The notes under the pieces: model-generated | What the model was told of the DNA's origin: nothing | Seen by the model: only the letters and a program-made list of their open reading frames with translations | The model's database searches: none | Translations under genes and position numbers: made by a program | Shown: positions 29,154-37,835 of the stretch, piece after piece | Layout of the letters: every line of letters begins with the position of its first letter | How positions within the stretch are numbered: the first letter of the stretch is position 1 | Assembly: GCA_046290225.1 (NCBI GenBank) | Contig: JBKAGE010000010.1 | Location: 1 to 52,031 of the forward strand | Source: Bradymonadia bacterium | GTDB taxonomy: Bacteria; Myxococcota_A; Bradymonadia; UBA7976; UBA1532 | DNA: 52,031 nucleotides | Direction of reading: 5' to 3'

Positions 29154-30839
29154 ATGACTCGACCTGCCCGGATGCCCCTGTCTCTCCTCCGAGTGGCCCT
29201 CGTGTGTGCCCCCCTCTGTTTGATGGGATGTGACGACGACGAGACCTCTGACCAGAACACCGGCGGAGGCGCTGGTGGCGAAGCGGGTGCAGGGGGCAGC
29301 CCCGAAGGTGGCGCCGGGGGTGGCGAGCCGGCGATGTGCATGCCCGACGACACCGTGCGCCGGCCACGGGCGCAGCCCATCGAGTTCGTGGGCCTGTCGA
29401 TCACCACCCCTATGAGCACCGAAGAGATCGTCGACGTGCTCAGTGGGGTGTACGGCGAAGATGCTCAGGCAGGGCGACTGCACGACGGCCTCGCCCTGCA
29501 ATCGGGCCTCAGTCTCACTGTAGAAGCCGATGAGCGCACGGCAGGTCAGGTGATCATCCGCCTCGACATGACCGCACCCAAGACCGGGAACGGCCCCACG
29601 GAGCGCACCATCTTCCGGGCCCCGGCCTCTCTGGAGTACGGCGAGATCTTCATCGCCACCGTGCAAGCTGCCCTGGCCCGGGCCCACGAGGTCTACGCCG
29701 CCGATCCTGTAGACGCGGAGACCTTCTTCCTCGAGCACCGGGTGCACTCGGTGAACGGTGGCTCGCTCATCTTGCGGGTGGATTACGATCCGGCGACGGA
29801 TCAGAGTAGCTTCACCGTAAAGACCGAGACCCCACCGACCTCGCTGCTCTCAGGCAAGGTGAACGCCCCGGCCTTCACCGGTGACCCTTACGAGACCATC
29901 GGCGGCACGGTGTTCTTCGAGCTGGCCCGCGATCAGTTCGACTTCTTCGTGGGACGGGCCTATGGGGTGAGCGCCGGGGCCAACCAGAACTTCAGCGACT
30001 TCTACTTGCTGCCCCACAACTGGCTGCGCCTCACGGTGACCCCTATGCTCGAGGACGAGCTCGTCGATGTCGCCTTCGACGTGGTCACCCTCGACGGCAG
30101 CCGCGTGCCCTTCGCGCGGGCCCCAGCCTCGTTCCTCGCTGGTGAGCAGTTCGAACAGAACGTGCTGCGCATGGTGGACAACATGATGGCTCAAGAAGAG
30201 CTGATGCCGGGCTCTTCGACCCGCTGGACGGTGCCTTTTCATTACGACGATCCCGACGGGGGCGGCCTCGTGAAGGTCATCGCCACTGGCGAGAAGGGCG
30301 TATTCCGCATCGCCTACGCTGTGGACGCGCCGAACAACTACCTGCGGCCGGTGGACTTCCTCGGCTACCAGGGTGAGCTCGACCTGCCCGACACCCTCGA
30401 GGCCCCGGAGACGAGCTGCGCCGATCTGGGCTCTGAAGACGCCGCCCAGGGGCAGTTCCGCGTCACCTTCGACGCCTCGACCACCATCCGGAACAACGAG
30501 AACCTCGACGGTCCTCTGCGAGGCAACATCTACGGCTCGGTCTTCAAGGCCGAAGATGTACGAGGCACAGGGCCCATCGAGGGGGCGCGCTCAGTGGCCT
30601 CGTTCCAGTTCGAGGATGTCGACCTGACGGATCCCGACGACCTGCAGGCCTTCGAACTGCCTGAGCGCTTGCTCGCCGGGGAGTATCAGATCCTCGGCTT
30701 CATCGACATCGACGGGAACGCTGATCTCGACGATCCGGATCCGGACTCTGGTGATCCGGTGACGGTGCCCATCGGCAGCTACCCTCTGGAGTGCGCGGTG
30801 CAGCCGGTGACGGTGGAGTTCGCCATCCCTCGCCCATGA
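29154..30839 (+). CDS. Hypothetical lipoprotein with an internal domain duplication
   Basis: GGAG + ATG29154; lipobox LMGC; Gly-rich linker; two RAPAS...GE.F repeats; C-terminal DIDGNAD loop. Confidence 0.8.
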   Translation: MTRPARMPLSLLRVALVCAPLCLMGCDDDETSDQNTGGGAGGEAGAGGSPEGGAGGGEPAMCMPDDTVRRPRAQPIEFVGLSITTPMSTEEIVDVLSGVYGEDAQAGRLHDGLALQSGLSLTVEADERTAGQVIIRLDMTAPKTGNGPTERTIFRAPASLEYGEIFIATVQAALARAHEVYAADPVDAETFFLEHRVHSVNGGSLILRVDYDPATDQSSFTVKTETPPTSLLSGKVNAPAFTGDPYETIGGTVFFELARDQFDFFVGRAYGVSAGANQNFSDFYLLPHNWLRLTVTPMLEDELVDVAFDVVTLDGSRVPFARAPASFLAGEQFEQNVLRMVDNMMAQEELMPGSSTRWTVPFHYDDPDGGGLVKVIATGEKGVFRIAYAVDAPNNYLRPVDFLGYQGELDLPDTLEAPETSCADLGSEDAAQGQFRVTFDASTTIRNNENLDGPLRGNIYGSVFKAEDVRGTGPIEGARSVASFQFEDVDLTDPDDLQAFELPERLLAGEYQILGFIDIDGNADLDDPDPDSGDPVTVPIGSYPLECAVQPVTVEFAIPRP

Positions 30840-32725
30840 TGTGCGCCCGCGCCTCATACGCCGTGCTGCTCTGCGCAGGTCTGCTTGCAGGGTGTCTTTC
30901 TCACTCCGAGCGAGACAACACGCCATCACCCATCGAGCCCGCCGCTGCTCGGAGCACGTCTATCGCGTTGTTGCCTGATGGCGTGATCGTCGTGACCTCC
31001 CCAGATGATGACGCGGTGGTGGGTCTCGACGCCGAGACCCTCGAAGAGCTGTGGCGCACCTCCGTGGAGGGCGAGCCCACGCACGTGGCCTTCGTCGAAG
31101 GCGTTGAAACAGACCAGGCCCCCCTACAGCATCATCTGTTTGTCAGCCTCGCGAGGGGCCAGCAGATCGCGATGTACACGTTCTCATCTGCCCGAGAAGG
31201 CCCCATGGCTTCTACGGGCATCAGCAGCGTGTGCTCGGGCACCTACGGCATCTTGGCGCACCGGGTACCCTGGGTGTTCGGCGCGATCCACGTCACAGTC
31301 ACCTGCCCCCACGACGGGCTGGTGCTCCAGCGCAGCGTGCCCGACGGCTGGGGCATCATCAAACACACGCGGGTCTGGTACACCGAAGGCCGCCCCATGG
31401 GCCTCGCCCGTAACGGGCCCACGTTGGCCTGGGCCGACTTCACGGGCGGTCAGGTACACACGCTCGACCTGATCGACGCCTTCACCAACGACATGACGCC
31501 CACCCAACAGCTCGCCGACGTCACCGGCGCCCTGCCCGACGGGATCTCCGCCAGCCAGATGGTGGCGCTGTCACCTGCAGGCCAAGGCTTCACAGCGGTG
31601 TATCAGCAGGTCGAGCACGACAGCGATCGCGCCCGCCCCCCGGAAGAGGGGGGCTACGGCTCGGTCGTCGACGACGCGCCCCGCATCGAGCCTCGGCTCT
31701 GGGGATCATCGTGTGAAGGCCGCTATACCCGGTTCGACGGGGGGTTGAGGGTGATGAGCGGCCCCAGCGATCTGGCATACGCCTCTGCCAGCGACACGCT
31801 GTGGGTGGCGCATCAATACACCGACAACGTCGTGGCCCTCGGATGTACGCCAGGTGCTGACGGGCTCTTGCCCATCAAAGCGGTCTTCAAGGTGGGCCGA
31901 GGCCCTCGGGGGCTGGTGGTGAGCCCCGACGGCGAGACCGCCTACGTCGACGTGGGCTTCGACCACGCTGTGGCCCGCCTCGAGCTGCCCACAGCGCCCG
32001 TGACAGACCGGGTGGTGTACCCCACCGTGGAGCGACGTCGCGATCTGGGGCCCACGGACATGTCGAGCGAGGCTCTGAAAGGCCGTTCGCTCTTTCACGA
32101 CGCCCTCGACATCCGACTGACCCCGAGCGGTGTGGTCACCTGCGCCACCTGCCACCCTCACGGTGGAGAAGACGGCCTGTCGTGGTTCCTGCACACTGAG
32201 ACCGTCGAGCGTAAATTGAGACGCACGCCGCCGGTCTACAACACCAAGCCTGGTCTAGAGCCATTTCACTGGGATGGTGAGTTCGAAGACGCCGCCACAC
32301 TTACCCACGACACGATTCTAGCCCTCATGGAGGGTGACGGCCTGCTCGTCGACATCGATGCCATCGTGGCCTATATGGACGAGCTCAAGCCGCCACCAGG
32401 GGATGTGCGCAGCGTTGCGCGTGGCCCGGGGCGCATGCTCTTCGAATCGCAGGGCTGCGCTGACTGTCACCGTGGAGACATGGGCACCGACAACATTCGC
32501 CATACGGTGCTCGAGCCCTCTACAGACACAGACGCTCAACTGATGGAGGTGATCACCCCGTCGCTTCGTGGGGTGCGCACGCGCCCACCCTATCTGCACG
32601 ATGGCCGTGCCAAAGATCTACGCGCGGTGCTCACCACCCATAACCCCGACGATCGACATGGGGTGACATCGACGCTCTCTGCTGAGCAGATCGAGCAGCT
32701 CCTCGGGTATCTCAAAGCCTTTTGA
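30836..32725 (+). CDS. Lipoprotein with YncE-like beta-propeller and di-heme cytochrome c peroxidase (MauG/bCCP superfamily) domain
   Basis: Lipobox LAGC; VGRGPRGLVVSPDG propeller blade; CATCH and CADCH; PFHWDG; TPSLRG...PYLHDG; ATGA overlap with the previous gene. Confidence 0.88.
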   Translation: MMCARASYAVLLCAGLLAGCLSHSERDNTPSPIEPAAARSTSIALLPDGVIVVTSPDDDAVVGLDAETLEELWRTSVEGEPTHVAFVEGVETDQAPLQHHLFVSLARGQQIAMYTFSSAREGPMASTGISSVCSGTYGILAHRVPWVFGAIHVTVTCPHDGLVLQRSVPDGWGIIKHTRVWYTEGRPMGLARNGPTLAWADFTGGQVHTLDLIDAFTNDMTPTQQLADVTGALPDGISASQMVALSPAGQGFTAVYQQVEHDSDRARPPEEGGYGSVVDDAPRIEPRLWGSSCEGRYTRFDGGLRVMSGPSDLAYASASDTLWVAHQYTDNVVALGCTPGADGLLPIKAVFKVGRGPRGLVVSPDGETAYVDVGFDHAVARLELPTAPVTDRVVYPTVERRRDLGPTDMSSEALKGRSLFHDALDIRLTPSGVVTCATCHPHGGEDGLSWFLHTETVERKLRRTPPVYNTKPGLEPFHWDGEFEDAATLTHDTILALMEGDGLLVDIDAIVAYMDELKPPPGDVRSVARGPGRMLFESQGCADCHRGDMGTDNIRHTVLEPSTDTDAQLMEVITPSLRGVRTRPPYLHDGRAKDLRAVLTTHNPDDRHGVTSTLSAEQIEQLLGYLKAF

Positions 32726-32816
32726 GGACTTTTTCAGCCTCGGCTACACCCTTCCCCCTCTGCTTTGCATCTCAACACCACTTCACCATGTGAACAGACG
32801 AGGGAGCCATCAGGCC

Positions 32817-33449
32817 ATGATCGATCTCTACAGCTTCAACACCCCCAACGGCCGCAAAATCTCCATCATGCTCGAAGAGCTCGGCGTGCCCTACAACGCC
32901 CACCTCATCAACATCCTGGAGGGGGATCAGCTCAAGCCCGAGTTCCTGGCCATCTCCCCCAACAACAAGATCCCCGCCATCGTCGACAGCGAGGGCCCCG
33001 GCGGTGAGCCGCTGGCCCTCTTCGAGACCGGCGCCATCCTGGTCTACCTCGCCGAGAAGTACGGCAAGCTGCTGCCCACCGACGGTGTGGGCCGAGCCAG
33101 GACCCTACAGTGGCTGTTCTGGCAGGTGGGAGGCGTGGGCCCGATGTTTGGTCAGGCAGGGCACTTCGTGCGCTTCGCCCCGGAAGACGTGCCCTACGCC
33201 AAAACCCGTTACACCAACGAGACCAAGCGCCTGCTCGGGGTGATGGACACGCAGCTCGCGGCGAACGCCTACCTCGCCGGTGCCGACTTCACCATCGCCG
33301 ACATCGCTACGGTGACCTGGGTCGAGGCCCTGGACTTCTACGGCATCTACGATTTGGTAGACGACTTCCCCGCGGTGAAGGCCTGGGTGGCCAAGGTGAA
33401 GGATCGCCCCGGCGTGAAGAAGGGCTGGGACGCTGACTTCGGGGGCTGA
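32817..33449 (+). CDS. Glutathione S-transferase, Nu class (YfcG-like)
   Basis: MIDLY..TPNG.KISIMLEE, ISPNNKIPAIVD, FETGAIL.YLAEK, WQVGGVGPMFGQ. Confidence 0.92.
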   Translation: MIDLYSFNTPNGRKISIMLEELGVPYNAHLINILEGDQLKPEFLAISPNNKIPAIVDSEGPGGEPLALFETGAILVYLAEKYGKLLPTDGVGRARTLQWLFWQVGGVGPMFGQAGHFVRFAPEDVPYAKTRYTNETKRLLGVMDTQLAANAYLAGADFTIADIATVTWVEALDFYGIYDLVDDFPAVKAWVAKVKDRPGVKKGWDADFGG

Positions 33450-33482
33450 CTTCCTCCCCTGCCCATCAAAATCGCGCCGCCA

Positions 33483-33509
33483 TGTAACCCTTTGCCTGCC
33501 TCAAACGTG
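33483..33509 (+). promoter_or_regulatory. Candidate ECF41-type promoter
   Basis: TGTAACC-N16-CGTG versus the ECF41 consensus TGTCACA-N16-CGTC; 35 nt before the oxidoreductase-ECF41 operon. Confidence 0.55.
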
Positions 33510-33543
33510 CCTTCGTCAGATCCACCTGCCGAAAGGCGCTCAT

Positions 33544-34845
33544 ATGCACACCACACACGATCTCGTCATTGTCGGCGGCGGCCTCGCTGGCCTCACCGCG
33601 GCAGCCTTCGCCACCCGCGCTGGCGCCACGGTGAAGCTGCTCGAACGCAGCTCCCATCTCGGCGGCCGCGCCCACACCATCGAAGTGGAGGGCTTCGACC
33701 TCGACCTGGGCCCTCACGCGCTGTACCGGCAGGGCGCAGGCATGTCGGCCCTCGATGCCCTGGGCGTGACCCCTCGGGGCGGCGCCCCTGTCGTGAGCGG
33801 CGTCGGGGTGCGCGCTGATCACATCGGCCCATTGCCCATGGGCATGTGGTCCCTGCTGACCACCTCGTTGCTCAAAGGGCGTGGACGCTGGCAATTCATG
33901 GGCGTGATGGCCCGCCTCGGCCGTATGGAGACGTCGCGCTGGTCACACACCACATGGGGCACGTGGCTCGACGACCACTTCACGGCCCCTGATGCCCGAG
34001 CGCTCATGGCCGCCTTCGGGCGGTTGTCGACGTACACACACGCGCCCGATCACATCAGCGCTGCCGTGGTCCTTGACCAGATCAGGATGGGGCTCGGCGG
34101 CGTACTCTATCTGGATGGCGGCTGGCGAAGGCTCGTCGATGATCTCACCGCGAGCGCTGGGGCGGGCCTCGAACTACACACCGGCTGCGGCGTCACGACG
34201 ATTCACGGCGAGGCGGGGGCCTTCGAGGTCGAAGACCGCACGGGCGTACGCCACAGAGGCCGGCAGCTCGTGCTCGCCACGGGCCCTGGCGTCGTCGACA
34301 GCTTGATGGGGACCACATATCGAACACAGCTGTGCCCGAGCAAAGCGGCGTGCCTCGCCGTGGGCATGCACACTCGAGGGCTCAGCGGAGCCCACTTCGC
34401 CCTCGGCCTCGACGCTCCAATGTACCTCAGCGAGTTCACCCGCGCCGCGAAGGTAGCCCCCGCAGATCACGCCGTGGTGCACGTGGCGCGCTACCTGAGC
34501 CCCACAGAAGATGGTCCTGCGCGCAATCGCGTCCCTGGAGAAGATGGCCACACTGACACGCTCGAAGGCATGCTGACGCGACAGCATCCACACTGGCGGG
34601 ATCACATGGTGGTGAAGAAACGACTGGGCAAGATGACCGTACTGCCGGCGATCCCCATGGCCATCTCCGGTGGCCTCGCAGGCCGGCCCGAAGCGCACGT
34701 GGCGCCAGGCATCACCCTCGCGGGTGACTGGGTGGGTCCAGAGGGCCTGCTCGCCGACGCGGCTCTTGCTTCAGGGCGTGCCGCAGCGACGCTGGCCCTC
34801 GAAGCGCTGAACCTCGACGCTGCGCCGAGACAGGCGGTGGCGTGA
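33544..34845 (+). CDS. FAD-dependent oxidoreductase (phytoene dehydrogenase/amine oxidase-like)
   Basis: VIVGGGLAGL, ER...LGGRA, DLGPHALY, LAGDWVGPEGLLADAALASG. Confidence 0.88.
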   Translation: MHTTHDLVIVGGGLAGLTAAAFATRAGATVKLLERSSHLGGRAHTIEVEGFDLDLGPHALYRQGAGMSALDALGVTPRGGAPVVSGVGVRADHIGPLPMGMWSLLTTSLLKGRGRWQFMGVMARLGRMETSRWSHTTWGTWLDDHFTAPDARALMAAFGRLSTYTHAPDHISAAVVLDQIRMGLGGVLYLDGGWRRLVDDLTASAGAGLELHTGCGVTTIHGEAGAFEVEDRTGVRHRGRQLVLATGPGVVDSLMGTTYRTQLCPSKAACLAVGMHTRGLSGAHFALGLDAPMYLSEFTRAAKVAPADHAVVHVARYLSPTEDGPARNRVPGEDGHTDTLEGMLTRQHPHWRDHMVVKKRLGKMTVLPAIPMAISGGLAGRPEAHVAPGITLAGDWVGPEGLLADAALASGRAAATLALEALNLDAAPRQAVA

Positions 34846-35747
34846 TCTCCGCTGAGCTGACCACACTCTACGAAGCCCACCACCGCGGTCTGTGGGGCAT
34901 GGCCTATCGCATGTTGGGCGACGCCGCCGAGGCGGAGGACGTGGTGCACGACACCTTCGCCAAGGCCTTGAGCCGACCCCCATCGACCACAGAGCCCCTA
35001 CGCCCCTGGCTGATTACGGTGGCCCTCAACCTCGCCCGAGATCGCCTGCGGGCCCGACGGCGATTGCGCTACCCCGGCCCCTGGCTGCCCACGCCTGTGG
35101 GTGACGACGCAGCGCTCCAGGTGCCGCTCTCCCACAACCAGCCCGAAGCCCGCTATGCCTTGATGGAGAGCGCAACGCTGGCTTTCCTGACGGCCCTCGA
35201 GGCGCTCACGCCCCAACAGCGGGCGGTGCTGATCCTGCGCGATGTGTACGGATTCACCGGACCGGAGGCGGCCGCTCGCCTGGAGATGTCTCCGGGCAAC
35301 GTGAAGGTCGTGCTGCACAGGGCCCGTAAAGCCCTGGCGACCTATGATCGTCACCGATGTGATCCTGCGACGCTGCCAGAGCAGACACAACTCGCCCTGG
35401 GACAGATGATGGCCGCCCTCGCGGCGGGCGATCTGGATGGTCTGATGGGCTTGTTGAGCACCGACGTGCTCTCGTTGAGCGATGGCGGCGGTGTGTTCAG
35501 CGCGGCGATGCGGCCCGTGATCGGCGCTCGGCCCGTGGCACGCATGTATCTTGGCCTGGCGCAGAAGCGACCGGTGGTGACTGTGGATGTGGTCCAGGTG
35601 AACGGCCTGCCAGCGCTGGACTTGAGGTTCGCCCCAGCGAAGCGGCAGGCGCCTCGCTCACTGTTGGTCGTGCAGCCTGATGGCACAGGACGGATTGTGG
35701 GGGTGTATTCGTTGCTGGCGCCAACGAAGCTCCCGAGTTCAGGGTGA
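34842..35747 (+). CDS. ECF41 (SigJ-like) sigma factor with SnoaL-like C-terminal extension
   Basis: AYRMLG..AEAEDVV, YPGPWLPTP (cf. WLPEP), region 4 RAVLILRDVYGF, SDGGG, VNGLPA. Confidence 0.9.
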   Translation: MISAELTTLYEAHHRGLWGMAYRMLGDAAEAEDVVHDTFAKALSRPPSTTEPLRPWLITVALNLARDRLRARRRLRYPGPWLPTPVGDDAALQVPLSHNQPEARYALMESATLAFLTALEALTPQQRAVLILRDVYGFTGPEAAARLEMSPGNVKVVLHRARKALATYDRHRCDPATLPEQTQLALGQMMAALAAGDLDGLMGLLSTDVLSLSDGGGVFSAAMRPVIGARPVARMYLGLAQKRPVVTVDVVQVNGLPALDLRFAPAKRQAPRSLLVVQPDGTGRIVGVYSLLAPTKLPSSG

Positions 35748-35750
35748 TGC

Positions 35751-36665
35751 TCAAAAATCCTCAAGCTCTTTCATCGCGATGGCCTCCAGCTCTGCCGCCG
35801 AAGGCCCTCGATCCACCTCGCGCTCCAGCAGCGCGATCTCAGCCAACGCGTCCAGGTGAGCCCCGTACTCTGCGTCGTCAGCTGAGCGGCCTTCCAAGCT
35901 TCGCCGTGGATAGTCACCGCTCACCATGCGCTCATAGATCCCCGAACCGACCCACTCGTCCAGCGCCTTCATGCGATCAGGCAGGTCCGGGTGCGTGTTC
36001 ATCACCTGCACCAGCTGCGACAGACCTGGGGGCAACTCGTCGGTGGAGGGCATCTGGCGCTCGAGGCGCTCGAAGAGCGTACGTGGCGCCGCGAAAGACT
36101 GCGCCGTGAGCAGCCCACCGCGGTCCGCCGTCAGCTCGCTGCGGCGGTCCCACATGGCCAGGCCTGCAGAGAGGCCCGCCACCGACAGCCCACCCACCAG
36201 CGGGCTCGCCAAGAAGGCCGCCCAGCCCACCGTGCGCAGGTGGATCGCCGTGAACTTGAAGCGCATGTGATCGCAGATGATGTGGGTCAGCTCGTGGCCC
36301 AGGATCATCATGAGCGCCTCATCGGGCAGCTCGGCTGTACCTGTGGTGACGACGATGAAGGGGTTCTGCCAGCCCACCGCCGCGGCGTTCACGCTCGGGT
36401 GGTTCACATAGAAGAGATCCGGCACCTGCTGAACGTCCAGGATCCGCACCGCCTCTCGATAGAGGGCCTCGAGGCGATCGTAGTCATCGCCCGTGATGCT
36501 GCGCGACTGCACTTGCGCCCGGACCTGGGCCTCGGGGCTCCTGTCCGAAGCCCAGCGGCCCAGGGCCTTGAAGCCCGGCAGGGCCTGCAGTGTCTTCTGT
36601 GCCTTGGCGTCGTGGGGGTGGATGATGCCCCGGGCGTCGAGATCGGGGAAGGCGCGTCGGGTCAT
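35751..36665 (-). CDS. M48 family zinc metallopeptidase
   Basis: VNAAAVG, GHELTH, W.RRSELTADR.GL, THP...R; ATGA-coupled to the RluA gene. Confidence 0.88.
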   Translation of the reverse strand: MTRRAFPDLDARGIIHPHDAKAQKTLQALPGFKALGRWASDRSPEAQVRAQVQSRSITGDDYDRLEALYREAVRILDVQQVPDLFYVNHPSVNAAAVGWQNPFIVVTTGTAELPDEALMMILGHELTHIICDHMRFKFTAIHLRTVGWAAFLASPLVGGLSVAGLSAGLAMWDRRSELTADRGGLLTAQSFAAPRTLFERLERQMPSTDELPPGLSQLVQVMNTHPDLPDRMKALDEWVGSGIYERMVSGDYPRRSLEGRSADDAEYGAHLDALAEIALLEREVDRGPSAAELEAIAMKELEDF

Positions 36666-37648
36666 CTCTCGGACTCCTCGGTCCAGCCTGCGGTGAAGGC
36701 CTTCGGGGCCGGGCACTCGATGGCGATGGGGTTGCGATTGAGGGGCACCTCGATGCGGGCGGCGTGCAGCATCAGCCGAGGGGCGCGCTGCAGCGCTTCG
36801 CCGGGGCCGTAGAGGCGATCTCCGCAGATGGGCAGCCCGAGGTGGTCGAGGTGCACTCTGATCTGGTGCGTGCGGCCGGTGATGGGTCGTGCCTCCACCA
36901 GCGATCGCGCCCCGAGCTGGCGCAGTCGGGTGAAACGGGTCTCACTGGGGCGGCTGTCAAGCTCAGGTCGGGGCTCGGGGCCCATGGTGAACTTGAGCTG
37001 CACTGGGCTTCGAGGCTGCGGGCCCTCGGGGGGTGTGGGCTGGTGACCCTTGGGCAGGCGATACATATGGCCCTCTACCGTAGTGGCCACCTTCGGCAGC
37101 CCCGGCACCACCGCGAGATATCGTTTGTCCACCCGGCGCGCCTGGAACTGCTTGTGCAGCGCCGCCGTGGTCTCTCGATCACGGGCGAAGAGCACCACCC
37201 CCGAGGTGTCCCGATCGAGCCGGTGTACCGCCCTCAGGCCCGAATCGCCGAGCTTCTCCTGCAACAGCCACTGCATGCAGCGCCGAGCGCTCGCCCGAGT
37301 GCGCTGGGTGGACATGCCCGCAGGTTTGTTCACCGCGACGACGCCGTGTGCGTCATGCAGAATGGCCCCGTCGGGCAGCGTGAGCGCTGGCGGCGTGCTC
37401 TGATGTGTGTAGACCACGATCCTGGCACCGGCAGGGGCTTCGCCAGGGGCGTCTATGCCTCTAGGGTAGCCATCTACCCAGACCGCCTCGTGGGCCAGGG
37501 CCTCGGCCCAGCTCATCTCGTCGAGGCCACAGGCTTCGGGCGGATTCTGCAAATCGAGCGTACACTCGGTGGTCCAGCGGAAGCAGTCCACTCGGGGGTC
37601 GTCGGGGATGAGGTTCAAATCAGGATCAAAGGGCATCATGAGGCGCAT
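36662..37648 (-). CDS. RluA family pseudouridine synthase
   Basis: VNKPAG, VHRLDRDTSGV, TGRTHQIRVH, PICGDRLYG, LMLHA. Confidence 0.93.
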   Translation of the reverse strand: MRLMMPFDPDLNLIPDDPRVDCFRWTTECTLDLQNPPEACGLDEMSWAEALAHEAVWVDGYPRGIDAPGEAPAGARIVVYTHQSTPPALTLPDGAILHDAHGVVAVNKPAGMSTQRTRASARRCMQWLLQEKLGDSGLRAVHRLDRDTSGVVLFARDRETTAALHKQFQARRVDKRYLAVVPGLPKVATTVEGHMYRLPKGHQPTPPEGPQPRSPVQLKFTMGPEPRPELDSRPSETRFTRLRQLGARSLVEARPITGRTHQIRVHLDHLGLPICGDRLYGPGEALQRAPRLMLHAARIEVPLNRNPIAIECPAPKAFTAGWTEESER

Positions 37649-37835
37649 CTTAGATCAGCTCGTGGTGACGCTGCCCTGGAAACCCCATGGCCCAGTTCGA
37701 GGCGGTGCGACGCATTGCACTGTGACACCCCTCGAGGTCTTGAGACTCATGCATACACATCAGGCTGAGATGTGCCGAAATTCAATGAAGTCAAAGTGTT
37801 CGCCTTTGAACCACCGACTTCGGGGAGGAGCCCGC

